Positions 24,800 through 37,672 are shown, counted from the stretch's first letter. The stretch is DNA of 60,000 bases from Felis catus (GCF_018350175.1 NC_058369.1:4032001-4092000), one strand, 5' to 3'. Notes: generated by a model from the sequence alone, not told the origin. Numbers and translations: made by a program.

Positions 24800-25805
24800 C
24801 ACAGTCCCAAGTGACCTTATGGAGACAGGCCCTGGCCTTCATGACCTTGTGAGTCTCCTGCACTGATTCACGGCTGACTCCTGTGGCAGCCGTGGAAATC
24901 AGTGGAAGCATCAGTGAGTCATAAAAGACACCGCAACTTCTTCGCTGCTCTCTCTTGCATCAACCGCGCTGGGGGGTGGTAGCCGCCATATTGAGGGGGG
25001 GACTAGCCGCCGTATTGAGGGGGACGTAGCCGCCATATTGAGGGGATGTAGCCGCCATATTGAGGGGACGTAGCCGCCATATTGAGGGGGACGTAGCCGC
25101 CATATTGAGGGGATGTAGCCGCCATATTGAGGGGATGTAGCCGCCATATTGAGGGGGACGTAGCCGCCATATTGAGGGGATGTAGCCGCCATATTGAGGG
25201 GATGTAGCCGCCATACTGAGGGGAACATAGCCGCCATATTGAGGGAATGTAGCCGCCATATTGAGGGGGACGTAGCCGCCATATTGAGGGGGACGTAGCC
25301 GCCATATTGAGGGGGACGTAGCCGCCATATTGAGGGGATGTAGCCGCCATACTGAGGGGAACATAGCCGCCATATTGAGGGGATGTAGCCGCCATATTGA
25401 GGGGGACGTAGCCGCCATACTGAGGGGATGTAGCCGCCATATTGAGGGGATGTAGCCGCCATATTGAGGGGCATGTAGCCGCCATATTGAGGGGCATGTA
25501 GCCGCCATATTGAGAGGAAGCTGAAGCAGAGCTAAGGCGCTGCGCGCATGTCGGGGAACTGAGGCCCTCTGCCTGCAGCCGTGTGGGGAAGCCTGCTTCC
25601 ATCCAGCTATTCCAGCCCCAGTCGGACCTTCAGATGAGACAGCCCCAACCAACAGCTTGACTGTGACCTTGTGAGAGATCGCAAGCCAGAGCTACCCGGC
25701 TACATGGCCTCCAAATTCCTGACCCACAAAACCAAGGGCAGCAATATATTATTATTTTCAGCCGCTACGTCTTCAAGGGGTCTACACAACGGTCGTAACA
25801 AGAGC
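24800..25805 (+). mobile_element. MLT1F-like MaLR LTR hosting the minisatellite
   Basis: The left flank gtcataaaagacaccgcaacttc...ctctctcttgcatc and right flank ccagccccagtcggaccttcagatgagacagcccc...aattcctgacccac resemble the MLT1F/G LTR. Confidence 0.7.
24979..25516. repeat. Minisatellite, 24 x 22-23 bp unit gtagccgccatattgagggg(g)ay, carrying YY1 motifs
   Basis: Units counted directly: 20 contain GCCGCCATATTG, 3 have CATACT and 1 has CGTATT. Confidence 0.95.
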
Positions 25806-25846
25806 AAATCCCGAATTCTTCGTGGCTTTAAGACAGCTAAGGTTTA

Positions 25847-26085
25847 GGGGCCTGGGTGGCTCAGTCGGGTAAGCGTCTGACTCCTGGCTTCGGCTCAGGT
25901 CCTGATCTCAGGGTTCATGAGATCAAGCCCCGCATGGGGCTCTGTGCTGGCAGCAGGGAGCCTGCTTGGGATTCTCTCTCTGTCCCCCTCTCTCTGCCCC
26001 TCCCCTGCTCGCACTCTCTTCCTCTCTGTCAAAATGAATAAATAAGACTTAAAAAATAATAAAATCTTTAAAAACAAACAAACAA
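25847..26085 (+). mobile_element. SINEC
   Basis: ggggcctgggtggctcagtcggg...(CT)n...A-rich tail. Confidence 0.95.
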
Positions 26086-26094
26086 AAGGCGGGT

Positions 26095-26525
26095 GTAGGA
26101 GTTTGCGAGGGCTGCGGTAATAAGGTACCACCAGCCCAGTGGCTCAGACAACAGGAAGTTCATGCCTTGCAGTTCTGGAGGCCAGAGGCCCAAGCTGACC
26201 GTGTTGGCAGGACCCTACTCTCTCTGAAGGCCTAGGGAAGGATCTGTTCCTCCCTCCCAGCTTCTGGTAGCTTCTTGGCTCGTGGCAGCAGAACTCCAAA
26301 CGTCACATAGCCTTTCCCTTGTGTGCATGTCTCTGTGTCCAAATTCCCCCTTTTTTATAAAGGCATCGGTCACAGCACATTAAGGGTCCACCCTGATCCC
26401 ATATGACCTCATCTTAATTAATCACATCCGCAATGACCCTGTTTCCAAATAAAGGTGCCTTCTCTGGTGTTGGGGCTTAGGGCTTCAACATACGAATTGA
26501 AGAAGACACAGTCCAACCCATAATA
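26095..26525 (-). mobile_element. MLT1B-like LTR
   Basis: cagttctggaggccagagg...atgacctcatcttaa...acacagtccaacccataa. Confidence 0.8.
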
Positions 26526-27231
26526 GCAGCAGCATACAATCGTACCCCATTCCTCGCAAGACGAGAACTGGAATCCTACAAACAGCCTTTGTAACCACAA
26601 CACATGCATGTACTGAGTGCCTGCTGTATGCTAACCTCCTTATGAGGCACCCCACACATGCTTGCTCACCCACCTCGCAAGACAACCCTGCCGAATAGGG
26701 ACTCTGATCCCATTTTTATGGTTGAGGAAACTGGAGCCCAGAGATGGCAAAGCACTTACCTTATGCTGCACAGCAAGTCAGAGGTAGTGCCAGAGAAACA
26801 CCCATTCCACAGTTTGCCATCCTTCGTCCCACCGAGTCTGTGGGTTCCCTGAATTTCCTCCAACCTCAGTAGCCTACAAGGCAAAGCTGGGCCAGGTTTG
26901 TGTTTAATTGAGAAGTAGGGTGGACTTCAGGGAGGGTTTGATCCAGTGTTCCAACAGGTCGGCAAGAATCCAGGTTCCTTCTCTCTCTTCCCTCTGTCAC
27001 ATTCATCCTAAATCTGCTTCCCTAAGGGTTGAAGGGGGAGCTGCTGACAGCTAAGGGGATGGGGGGGCGGGGAGAGAGAAAGAAGATTCACGAACTGGCT
27101 GCACTTGTATCTGTCCTGTTCTACTTATTTTCATCAACCTTAGCATCTATATGCATCTATAACAATTCTGTCTCCCTCTCTTTCTGCCCCTCCTCCACTC
27201 ACCCTCGGTCTCTCTCTCAAAAATAAATATC

Positions 27232-27455
27232 TTTTAATGTTTATTTATTATTTTTGAGAGAGAGAGAGAGAGTGTGTGTGTGGGCACGAGCAGGGGAGAG
27301 GCAGAGAGAGAGGGAGACACAGAATCCAAAGCAGGCTCCAGGCTCCACGCTGTCAGCACACAGCCCCACGTGGGGCTCAAACCCATAAACTGTGAGATCA
27401 CGACCTGAGGTGAAGTCGGACGCTCAACCAACTGAGACACCCAGGTGCCCCCCCC
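27232..27455 (-). mobile_element. SINEC
   Basis: aatgtttatttatt...ccaggtgcccc. Confidence 0.95.
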
Positions 27456-27841
27456 CAGATAAATAGATATTTTAAAAACCAGAAATAGTACCTTTATTCA
27501 ACTCACCACAAATTATTCAAATTCCAGTGGGCCAGCTCTGCCCTACTGGGACCGTCCACCTCTCCCTCTCCCTCCTTATGGCCGCTAGCCTCTCTCCAAA
27601 CTCCTCCCTCCTCTCTCAAATTACAGAAGAGCCTAGTGAACTGGGGTGGGGTGGGGGGGAATGTCTCTGTGAGTAGAAGTTCGGGCAACTTGTGCCAGGC
27701 TCCGCGCTCTGTGTGTTCTCCGTGTTGCTGCCATTTAAGCACCATGGTGCTCTTATCAACCCCATTTTACAGATGAGTAAACTGAGGCTCAGCGAGGTCA
27801 AAGTAGCTTGCCCACAGAAAGAGGAAGTCCCAAAGCCAGGC

Positions 27842-28300
27842 GTTATAGGTTGAATCGTGTCCCCCCCCAAAGTTATGCTGAAGTCCTAACACCCAATGCC
27901 CGTGAACATGACCTTATTTGCAAATCGAGTCTTGGCCACCATAATTGAGTTAAGATGAAGTCATTAGGGGTGGGCCCAAGTCCAGGGTGAGTGGTGTCCT
28001 TACGAGAAGGGGGAGGCGGAGAGCCGGGCCCACACCCAGAGAGGACAGTGTCACATGAAGACTCTCAGGGAAGACGCCCGTGGGAGGGTGGGGGCAGGGA
28101 CGGGAGGTCTGCCCCCAGACGCCAAGGATGCCCCGGGGCCACCAGAAGCTGGAAGAGGCCGGAAGGCTCTTCCTCTGGAGACTTTGGAGGGAGCAGGGCC
28201 CTGCCAACATCCTGATTCCAGACCTGTAGCTTCCAGAACTGTGAGAGCATACACGTGTGCCCGTCTGTGATACTTTGTCACAACGGTCACAGGTATAATC
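27842..28300 (+). mobile_element. MLT1B-like LTR
   Basis: gttataggttgaatcgtgtccccccc...ttccagaactgtgag. Confidence 0.8.
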
Positions 28301-28309
28301 GAAAGCAAC

Positions 28310-28932
28310 AGCCTTCCCAGACTGAAGGATCCGTGCCTGTTAACAGAGGATTCCCCTAACCCTGCCCCCCACCCCCGGAGCCACGCGAAGCCCGACCGGC
28401 TTTTGCTCTGTCCTCCTCCGCGGGGCCACTAGAGCAAGGTTGCGATGCCGCCTCTCGCCAGCAGAGGCCGCTCACACACGGCCCTTAAAGCCGCACCCCT
28501 GCCTTGGTTCTCGGACTGCCCTGGTCCCCCAGATCCTGTCCTCCCCGCGACCGTCCCCCCTCCCCCCCCCCCCCCCCCCCCCCGCCAGGGCCCCTGCTGC
28601 GACATCACGTCCTCAGAGTAGCCTCCTGTGATGGTTCATTCACAAGAAGAGAATTCTCCCTCCTTTCCCATCCCCCTCCCTCCCTCCCTTTTTCCCTCCC
28701 TCCCTCCCTCTTTCCCTGACTGGTTGAGCTGGGACATCCCTCTTCTCCTGCCCTCCCTGGGACTTACTGGGGCTTACACCACCTGCTTTCCTGGGGCTCC
28801 AGCGTGCAGGCAGCAGACCGGACGACTCGTCAGCCTCGGTGATCGTGCGAGCCAATTCCTTACGACAAATCTCCTTCTAGACACGTATACGTCCTATTGG
28901 TTTTGCTTCTCTGCAGAACCCTGACTGATACA
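28310..28932 (+). mobile_element. MLT2-like ERVL LTR 3' part
   Basis: gagctgggacatcc...cgtgcgagccaattcctta...cctattggtt...agaaccctgactgataca. Confidence 0.65.
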
Positions 28933-29425
28933 CAGCCCTGCGACTTCCCTGTCCTAGCTGCTCACGACCACCGGCCCCCTCCCGCCCAGCCCCGTCCTTT
29001 CCCATTTTATTTCCTCCACTGAGCTCTGAAATCACCATCTTCCCTTTCTTATTTACACTCTGACTCTCCCTCCCCTGACTTGAATTTCAACCACACGAGG
29101 ACAGGCATTTTCCCCATCATCTCCGGGGCTGGATTCCCAGCACTTAGCACGGTGCTTGGTATACCGTAAGTGCTCAATGCATAGCAGCTGGATTGAACCG
29201 CCGCCTCCAGGATCCGAGGACCCAGAGGGCACGCGTGATGGTGGAAGAAATAAACGGCCCGCTTTCTCTGGATTACAACCGTCGGCCACAGACACAGGAC
29301 TCGAGCCCGGGTCTCTCCACCACCACAGCATGCCTGGTCCCTCCCAGCTTTGGAATAATCAGGACACAGGGCTCGGAAGAGAAGATGGGGTACCCCAAAG
29401 TGCCCTCCATGAGAGGCCCCCAAGG

Positions 29426-29599
29426 CAGGGTTTCTCCACCTCCGGGGCTGCTGACACTCATTCTCTGGGGCCAGCATCCTTGGCCCCCACCCACTCGGTG
29501 CCAGGCGCTCCCCCCATGTGACACCCACAGATGGCCCCAGACATCACTCAGCGTCCCCTGGGGTGGCGGGGGCAGAACTGTCCCTGGGTGAGAACCCTG
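29426..29599 (-). mobile_element. MER20 with recognisable terminal inverted repeats
   Basis: cagggtttctc ... gagaaccctg. Confidence 0.7.
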
Positions 29600-29739
29600 T
29601 CCACCTCCCCGCTTCCCGCACTGTCCTATGTACCCGCGGCACTCGGGGGGGGGGGGGGCCGGGCCGGGAAGGCCCGGGGAGCCCATGCATCTCGGGCTGG
29701 GCCGTGCTGGCAGACCCCGTGGTTTCCAGACCCAGGGAA

Positions 29740-30140
29740 ATTGGATTAACTCGGAGAAGCCAGCCAAGATGATCCGTCATGCCATCTGAAGGACAGCGTA
29801 TTGATCTCCACGTGGCGAAAAAATGAAATGATATCCCTTTTTGTTATTTAAAACGCTGCTTAAGCAATTTCGTAATGGAACAGCCCGGCCCGGGTCCAGG
29901 AGCTCCCTGGCTGGCCGGCTGCGCCCCCGGATCGGGCGGAGGACCGGGGAGCGTGGACGCGGCCCTGTCTTCCCCTGGGTAATTGATGACCCCCAGGGAA
30001 CAGCTCCATTTTTGCCAGCGACGGGCGCAGCTTTGATTTATTAAAGACATAACAATTATGAAAATAGCTGATTTATAATCAACTTGCCCGGGGCCCTAAT
30101 TGATTTCTGGGGCAAAATTTAGAACGGGAGGTATTGACAC
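29740..30140. promoter_or_regulatory. Putative conserved non-coding element (homeodomain-site-rich enhancer)
   Basis: Unique AT-rich island in a GC-rich background with ggattaa, taattga, tgatttattaa, tgatttataa and ctaattgat. Confidence 0.5.
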
Positions 30141-32384
30141 CTGGGGAAAGGAGGCACCAGGCTTGGGGATGCGCCACGATGGGGTGGCTGGCGGGGCCGC
30201 CCCGGGGGCAGGAGGGACGGGGACGGGACTGGGCCTGCATTTTTCAGGGACACACTTACGCTTAATGGAGAATTCTTTGTGATTTATCCGGGCATTTTGT
30301 ATTTTATCTGACAGTCCTACCACGATGGTCAGGATCCCAGTTCCCAACAGACCCACCCACGAGGCCCCATTCACCCGATGAGGAAGTAGAGGCAAGAGGA
30401 TGTTCAAGGCCTGCCCAAGGTCACATAGGGGCTGACTTCAGACTCAAACCCAACCCTGGGGTCTGAGCCTTCCAAAGCCTAAGCTCCTTTCAGAGGGAAG
30501 GGATTTCCTTCCTATGCAGGGACAGGTTAGACCGGCGGCAGGGACCAGGTCTGGTGACAAATGGACATAGCTTCAAATTTCCCCAGTTCAGCCTTGTTAT
30601 TATTGCTGTGCACCCTTGAAAAAAGAGCCTTGCCTCTCTGTGCATCGGTCTCCAGAACTGTGAATGGGCATGACTGCGCTATCTCCGTTACAGGGTGTTG
30701 AAAACAGAGACAAAAAGAGAGACAGCCACAGAGGGAGTCAGAAAGACAGGGTCAGAGAGACTGAGTCAAGGCAGAAAGGGAGAGAGCGCGCACAATAGGG
30801 AGGCATGCGCCCCATTTGGAGACAGGGTGGCCCCAGAGCAGGGAGAATTAAGTCTACGAATAGGAAGGTTCAAGCAGTTTCTGGAAGGCAGGCAGAGAGC
30901 AAATCATAAGCCCGTGGGACACAGAGCTCACGGCCCAGCGGCCGCCCGTGCCCACTCCCCGTGATGGCCCTGCTGAGCAGTTTTAAGTATCGTTAAAGAT
31001 AAAATAATTTTTCCCCCTCTGAGCCGTGTGATTGACGAGGTAATGGGCCCCGCCGACGGGGGAGAAGGTCAGGCTGGAATGTAATCAGGTTTTTCCAGAG
31101 CGATGCATAAACATGATGGCACAGAGGCTGGGGAAGGAGGAGGGACTTGTCCCCAGACACTCTGAGCTTTCAGAGGCATGATGAGCAGGTGATAGTGGGC
31201 ATGATGAGCCAGTGATAGTGGGGGACCAGGAGGGCTTCCCGGAGGAGGTGTGGTTGCTGCTGGGATTGCAAGAAGGCGTCCTGGGCAGGGGAGACTGCAG
31301 AGGCAAAGGTGTGGAGGTAGGACACGTCTCTTCACGCACCTTCCGGCCCCCACCTGATCTCACCGCCAGAACACACAGCTCACTGCATTATGCCCAGCCC
31401 TCCATAAACCTTCTGTGGCCCCCAGCCACCTACTCCAGGGTTCAAATCCTGGCTCCCCCCTCTTATTACCTGTGTGATCTCGAACGTGTCAGCGCGCCCT
31501 CCCAGCCTCAGTCTCCTGATCTGTAAAACAGGATGGGTATAGTCCTTCCCCACCCGGGGACGTGGTAGGAGAACGCAAAGAAAGGCACACTCATAGCAGC
31601 GCCTTTGGCCGCGAGTTCTAGAAAAATCCAAGTTATTCTGTTTCAACGTTAAAAAAAATTTTTTTTTTTCATTTTATACAACAAAACACTAAGGTCTTTA
31701 TTCAAAAAGCGCTTCTGCCAAGAACCAAGCTGATCGGTCCTTCTGTAGTCTCTCTTTTACCCTTTTTCTTTTTTCTCTCCCCAGCTCGTACCATTTCCTG
31801 ACACTGTATTTGTTCATTACCCCCTCCAAGCGTCAGCTCCCCGAAGGCAGAAATTTGTGTCTGTTTTGTTCACGTGTTCTCAGTGGCATATGGAAGGTGT
31901 TCATTAGGTGTTTCCTACATAAATGGATGGCTTGCTTCTTCATCCAGGGATGATATACTCAGCTCTTCAAGAACATAGACCCGTGTCTTCCTCAGTACGT
32001 CTACCATGTTGCTCCTCATGGATCTAAAGTGATTGCCAAAGCTGACCGTCACACCCTCGTGCCGGCCCCAGGAAGGCAGAAGGGTGGCAGGACAAAGGCT
32101 TTCTCCAAAGGACTGTCTCCTTTAAGGAATCTTCCCAGAAGCCACTCCCAACATCTCATTGGCCAGAACTCAGTCACATGGCCATGCCTGGCTAGCTAGC
32201 TGCAAAGGAGTCTGGGAAATGTAGTCTTTAACAGAGTGCCAGCCCTCCACCCCCTCCAGCCAGCCGTGATTGGCAGGTGAGGAAGAAGGTGAGTATGGGA
32301 GTTGGGGGGGGGGGGTGGAGGGAAAGAACGAGGGACGTCCCTGGATCCTCGCAACGTCCCCGGACCCTCGCGTCTGACAATACC

Positions 32385-32720
32385 TGTATTCATTTTCTAA
32401 GGCTGCTGTAACAAATTAGCACATGTTATGAAGTTTTTAGTAAAATAACAGGAAAATGCACGATCCTGCGCTTCTGGACGTCAGCTCTCGCGGGGCTAGA
32501 ACCAAGGTGCAGTCAGGGCGGGTTCCTTCTGGAGTCTCCGGGGGAGAACCGCTTCCTGCCCGTCTTCCAGCTTCCAGGGGCGCCCGCATCCCTTGGCTCC
32601 CGGCCCCTCCTCCCATCTTCACAGCCAGCCAAGGCTGGTCGAGTCTTCACCCTGTCCTCTCTCTGCTCCCCCCTCCCCGGCCCCCCTCTTCCACGTTTTA
32701 GGACCCTGGGGACTACACCG
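32385..32720 (-). mobile_element. MLT1C-like LTR
   Basis: tgtattcattttctaaggctgctgtaacaaatt...tcttccagcttccagggg. Confidence 0.75.
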
Positions 32721-34344
32721 AGCACCCCGCACCCCTGACACCCCAGCATGTTCTCTCTCTGGAAGCCAGCTGGCTGGCTGGCCATGCCCCCTGCGGATTG
32801 CAGCCTTTGCCCTCTCGGGCCTCCCCAAGGGGAAAAATACCACCGCACCCATGGCCCAGGTCAGAACATCGAGGCCCCCAGACGCCAAACCGCTAGCCCC
32901 AGGGTGTTCCCCCCACCCCCCTCCCCACCTCGAGTCCCATAAATTCCAAAAGCTGGGATTTAGACCCACGGACGGTCGTGCGATCGCAAAGCCCGTGCCT
33001 CCTCCGCCACCATGCTGTGCCGGCCACTCTGGTGATTTGTATCATTGCTATTATCGGGGATGGTCCCTTACTACGTGGGCACCAGCCTCCGGGGTTCACG
33101 TCTGAGCTGAGCCGCTAGAGGAGGGTGTTACAAAGGAGAGCGCGCAGGCGCAGGGAGGTCGAAGGGCACTCCAAGGTCGTCCAGTGCGTGGTAGAGCCAG
33201 GACTTGAACCCCAGTCCACCTGGCTGCGGACCACTGCCCTCCCCACCACGGAGGAGAGAGCCGCTACCTGACAGAGGCCGCAGAGGCCCCTGCTGGGTTA
33301 TCGGGCGGCACCAGGGGGCTCGGTGGGCCTTTTTCCTGGCAGAGGCTGGGGAAACGGCGGTCACAGGAAGCCGGCCAAGTGCTGAGTCTGCAAAGCGACA
33401 TATCTCCACAAAAGCCACTGGCCACGTGGCCATGTGGGCCCAGGGCTCTGCAGATGATCAATCTCGCCCCCTCCCTCCCTCGCTGCCTGCCACCCTCCTG
33501 CCTCCACCCCGGGCGCCCTTCATCCCTCCATCCCCCGCTCTCCGCCCAGCTTCCCGCATCCTGGAGGGGGCATCGTGCCAGGGCCACCCAGGCAAGGACA
33601 GCCAGCCCGCCCATGACAGAAACACTCAGCAGCAGGATGCACCAGCCAGAGAGCAGGGCGTAGAAGCAGCAGCCGTGGGGGCCACGGGCTGGGTCCTCAT
33701 CTCCACTCCTCCTGTTGTGCTGGGCTGGGAGTTGATATTGCGACGTCTCCGTGTTTGTCTGCAAAGTGGGTTTTGCAAAAAAGAATCTGCCCCGTAGGGC
33801 CGTGAACTGTTGCAACCGCTTCAGATGGTGACAGTGGATACATCCTGCATCAGGCCCTGGGAGCTTTCAGGGCAGCCCCGGAAGGCTTCCTGGAAGAGGC
33901 AACGTTTGATCTGGGCCTTACGATCCTGGAGAAACTGAGGGGAGGGGGAAGTCCTGGTGGGCGAGTGGCGGGAGCAAAGGGGTAGAGGCTGGAAGGTACA
34001 CAGGGCGTTAGAGCATCAAGAGGAGAGGGGGGGAATAAACCGCCAGGCCTCCAACACCAGGTGGAAAAGGTCGGGGCTCTGCTGTAGGTCATGAGAAGCT
34101 GTGCAAAATTCTGGGGTGCCCGGGGCTGAGCCGTGACTCAGTGAGGAGGAATAAGATAAGCGTACGGGTGCCGGGAGGCACAGCGGGGCGGACTGACTTT
34201 CCCGGGGCCACAGAACAGCCAAGTTCCAGGGCCGGGATTTGAACCCGGAAAGTCTGGCGCTGAGGTAGGAGGGCTTCTACCGCTGGCTCCGGCTCCAGCC
34301 CTGAAGCTGCTTACGCAGCCGCTCTTGTGTAATGCCTCCCAGAT

Positions 34345-34595
34345 GTCCTTCTAAGAAGAAGAGATCTGGACAGAGACACACACAGAGGAGAGACCGTGTG
34401 GGGACACAGAGAGAAGGCGCCTTCTCTAAGTCAAAGAGAGAGGCCTCGGGGAAAGAAAAAAAAAAAAAAAACCAATCCTGCCAACACCTGCGCTCAGACT
34501 TCTGGCCTCCAGAATTGTGAGAAAATAAATGTCTGTTGTTTAAGCCGCCTAGTCTGTAGTACTTGGTGACGGCAGCCCCAGCAAGCTCCTATGGT
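34345..34595 (+). mobile_element. MLT1 LTR 3' half
   Basis: gacttctggcctccagaattgtgagaaaataaatgtctgttgtttaagcc. Confidence 0.8.
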
Positions 34596-34658
34596 GCCTG
34601 TGAGAACAGCTTCGCCAGCTCTGGAACTTCAGCAGTCAGGACTGTTTGGTCTGCAAGT

Positions 34659-34660
<2 letters not shown>

Positions 34661-34704
<44 letters not shown>
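34661..34704. repeat. (CA)22 microsatellite
   Basis: Direct reading. Confidence 0.95.
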
Positions 34705-34706
<2 letters not shown>

Positions 34707-37044
34707 GACTGGAGCCAGATTCTTCTTAAGCCAGAAGACAGCTATTCTAACAAAATAGACAGCTGCAGGCATGGTGCGATCAAGGGGCTCAAATCACGCC
34801 CGGGTCATCTGTTTCCCTTTCCAGGAACTCCCATTCTCAGGGGAGCGTTTCCCTCGTGGTGATCAGACCAGGCTCCCACCGGCTCAGCAAACTCTGAGGC
34901 AGAGGGGAAAGTGTGTTCGCCCCCATAGCAGAACTTTCCCCCCACCCCCCAGGAGCTCACTCTGATGGTGGGTGGCCCTGAGCCAATCACTGAAGCCAGA
35001 GGTTTAGCATCCCCCGACTGGCCGGCACTGGGTGTCTTCGCTGGGGCATCCCCAAAAAAGGGACACTGAGGCAAGGATTTGGGGCGGTGGGGCAGGAGGG
35101 GACAGGTAGTTTATGGGTTGATCCCAGGAAGCATCAAGGAAGAGGGGAAAGTGAGGTGGGCAGGGAAGTGGCCAATACAGGGGTACTGGCGAGCTGGTGG
35201 CTGTGGAGGGGTCTCTAGGATACGGTAGAGGTCGTGCCTTGGAGTTACCCCAACAGTAGGGTCAGGTGGCTGCACTATTTACCCACCGACTCCCCGAGGG
35301 CTGCGTTAACTCTCCCGCCTTCTGGCCTGGCCTGCCCAGGGCCGAGTGAGCTCCGGCAGCCGGGAAAAGATCTCCAGAGAGCGGGTTGCCTGTTTCGGCC
35401 GTAAGCAGGCTGGCGTGCAAAGGTGAGTTCAAGGGCATATGGGTGGGGCTGCTGCACTTGGTCATCGCTTCCGTACCTGGCGCCCAGGCTGAAGCCAACC
35501 CTGCCTGAACCTCATAAAGTAAAACCAAGTCCAGGGAGGTCTCTTTCCCAGGGAAATCCAAGGCTCTGTTCCAAGGAAGGATGCGGGCCAGGTCAGTTCT
35601 CCTTCATTCTTCCCACGGATCTCGCACATTCCCACTGGCTGCCTTCTTGACATTTCCCTCAAATTGTCCAAGACCCCCGAGACCCTTCTCAGTCCCCAGC
35701 TCGGTCACGCTTTCAAACATCAGACGGGGGGAGGGCCAGATGGTGGGATAGATGGGCCATTCCTGCTGTTACTTCTGTGGCTGCCCCAAGGTGATGGTGT
35801 TGAACACGTGTTTGTGCAGTCCTGCTTCCTTCTCCCTGCTTGTCCTAAGCCAGATCCTTGCACGCACCCCAGTGGGGCCCCAATCACCAAGCTACACACC
35901 ATGACAGAAGTGAGTGACGTAGGACTTCCATCCCCACCATGCCCTGCATTGGAACCCAGTCCCCTCCTTCTTTCCTTGTGACTAAGTCCCCACTGGGACA
36001 TCACTGAGTGACCTTTCCCGCCCTTAGATCTCCATCAGGGCCACCTCAACCCACCAGAGAGAACCTCAGATGGGAAGGAGCTCTGCACATCAAGGAGTTT
36101 GGGGAGAGGTGTATCAGCTAGCTGTTGCCGTGTAACAAATGGGTCCAAACTTAGCGGCTTAAAACAACACTCATTTATCATCTGACAGTTTCTGTGGACT
36201 GGGAGCCCAGACACAACTTAGCTGCTCCTCTGCTCCAGGATCTCTCAAAAGGCTGCAACCAAAGGGTCAGCTGAGGCCACAGTCGTCTCCACGTTCAACC
36301 AGAACGGAGTCGAGGCCTCGAATGCTCCCGTTCCCTCTCCTGGAGCCCAGCTCCGTGCGAGCAACCCCAGGCTGGTCTGCCTAGACGAACATCCTTGATC
36401 ATCATGGAAGATGATCGCGGAAGAAAATCTAGCTGTCCCAGCTGGTGGCCAGCTGACCCCCAACAAGAGCGCCCAGCCGAGACCCTCGGAGCTGACTACT
36501 TGAGTGCGGAGTCGGGACCGAGGCTGGATGAGACGAGGAGAATCGCCCAGCTGATCTGCAGACTCGTGGACCCAAGTAAATGCTCAGTGCTTTCGGCTGT
36601 TGGATTTGGGGCTGGCTCGGCGGATGACGGCATCGTCATCACCGTCCACCATAATCATGGGCACCCACTTAAACATAAGGAGACAGAGGAGGAATCCCTC
36701 ACTCGGCTCTCCCCAGAGAAAGGAGTTCTGCTTCGTAGAGTTTAGCTGTCTCCACTCTACAAAGGAAAGGTGGCCGGCAGTTCCTTCTGATTAAAACATG
36801 TTAAATTCCACTTCACCAGGCATCCCCCTAGCCTCCTTTTCCGTCCACCTTCTCGGGAGGGCTCAGGAGCCGGGGAGGCTTTTCCCAGGCTTGCAGGCAG
36901 AACCGGGGCCTGGCCAGGGGCTCTCAGAACCTTCTGGCCTAGGGGTCCGTTAAGGGGACCCCTCCCTGCCAACCCAGTCCCGGCTACTGGCCGTGGAGGC
37001 TCGCTGAGGATCCGCTGGCCTTTCCTTTCCAACACCTGAAGCCC

Positions 37045-37248
37045 TCTTTTTTTTTTTTTTAATGTTTATTTATTTTTGAGAGGGCACAGGCAGGGAAGGA
37101 GCCGACAGAGGGGGAGAAAGGATCCGAAACAGGCTCTGTGCTCACAGCTGCGAGCCCGAGCCCAAGGTGGGGCTCAAACTCACGAACCGTGAGATCACGC
37201 CCCGAGCCGAAGTCGGACGCTCAACCGACTGAGCCCCCCCAGGTGCCC
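37045..37248 (-). mobile_element. SINEC
   Basis: Poly-T tail...gaagtcggacgctcaaccgactgagcc. Confidence 0.95.
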
Positions 37249-37672
37249 CTCCTGAGGTCCTCTTAAGACGGAGGGCCAATACGTGCCGGGGAATGGCAGA
37301 ACAGACTTCTGGAAGCCTCCGGCCAACGCACCGGCAGATGGGGAGCAAGACAATTTGCGTTCCGGGCTTGGCCGTGACTGTGGGCTCATCGCTGTCCAGG
37401 AATGCTTGGCGAATCAAGGATGTCTCCTGCCCATTCCCCAGGCCTATCCCTGAGCCCGCCGGGCCTCCTTCAAGGTCTGGCCCCGAACAGAGCTGCTGGG
37501 ACTTACCCCAGCACTGCCAGTCTCCTTGGTGGGTCCTGTGGCTGAATATGTTTAATATCACCCCAGAAAGCAAGGGCTCCCAGCCCCACCGCTCATGATC
37601 ACTGAGCATGAACTCTAGAGCGTAGAAAGCTTAGAAAACCTGGAAGGGATGAGGGAGTGACTAGAAAACCTT

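Noticed and set aside
24979..25516. CRISPR-like appearance of the regular array, and three 187-230 aa ORFs over it
   Set aside because: Units are contiguous with no unique spacers, there are no cas genes and the context is eukaryotic. The ORFs are periodic translations of the repeat.
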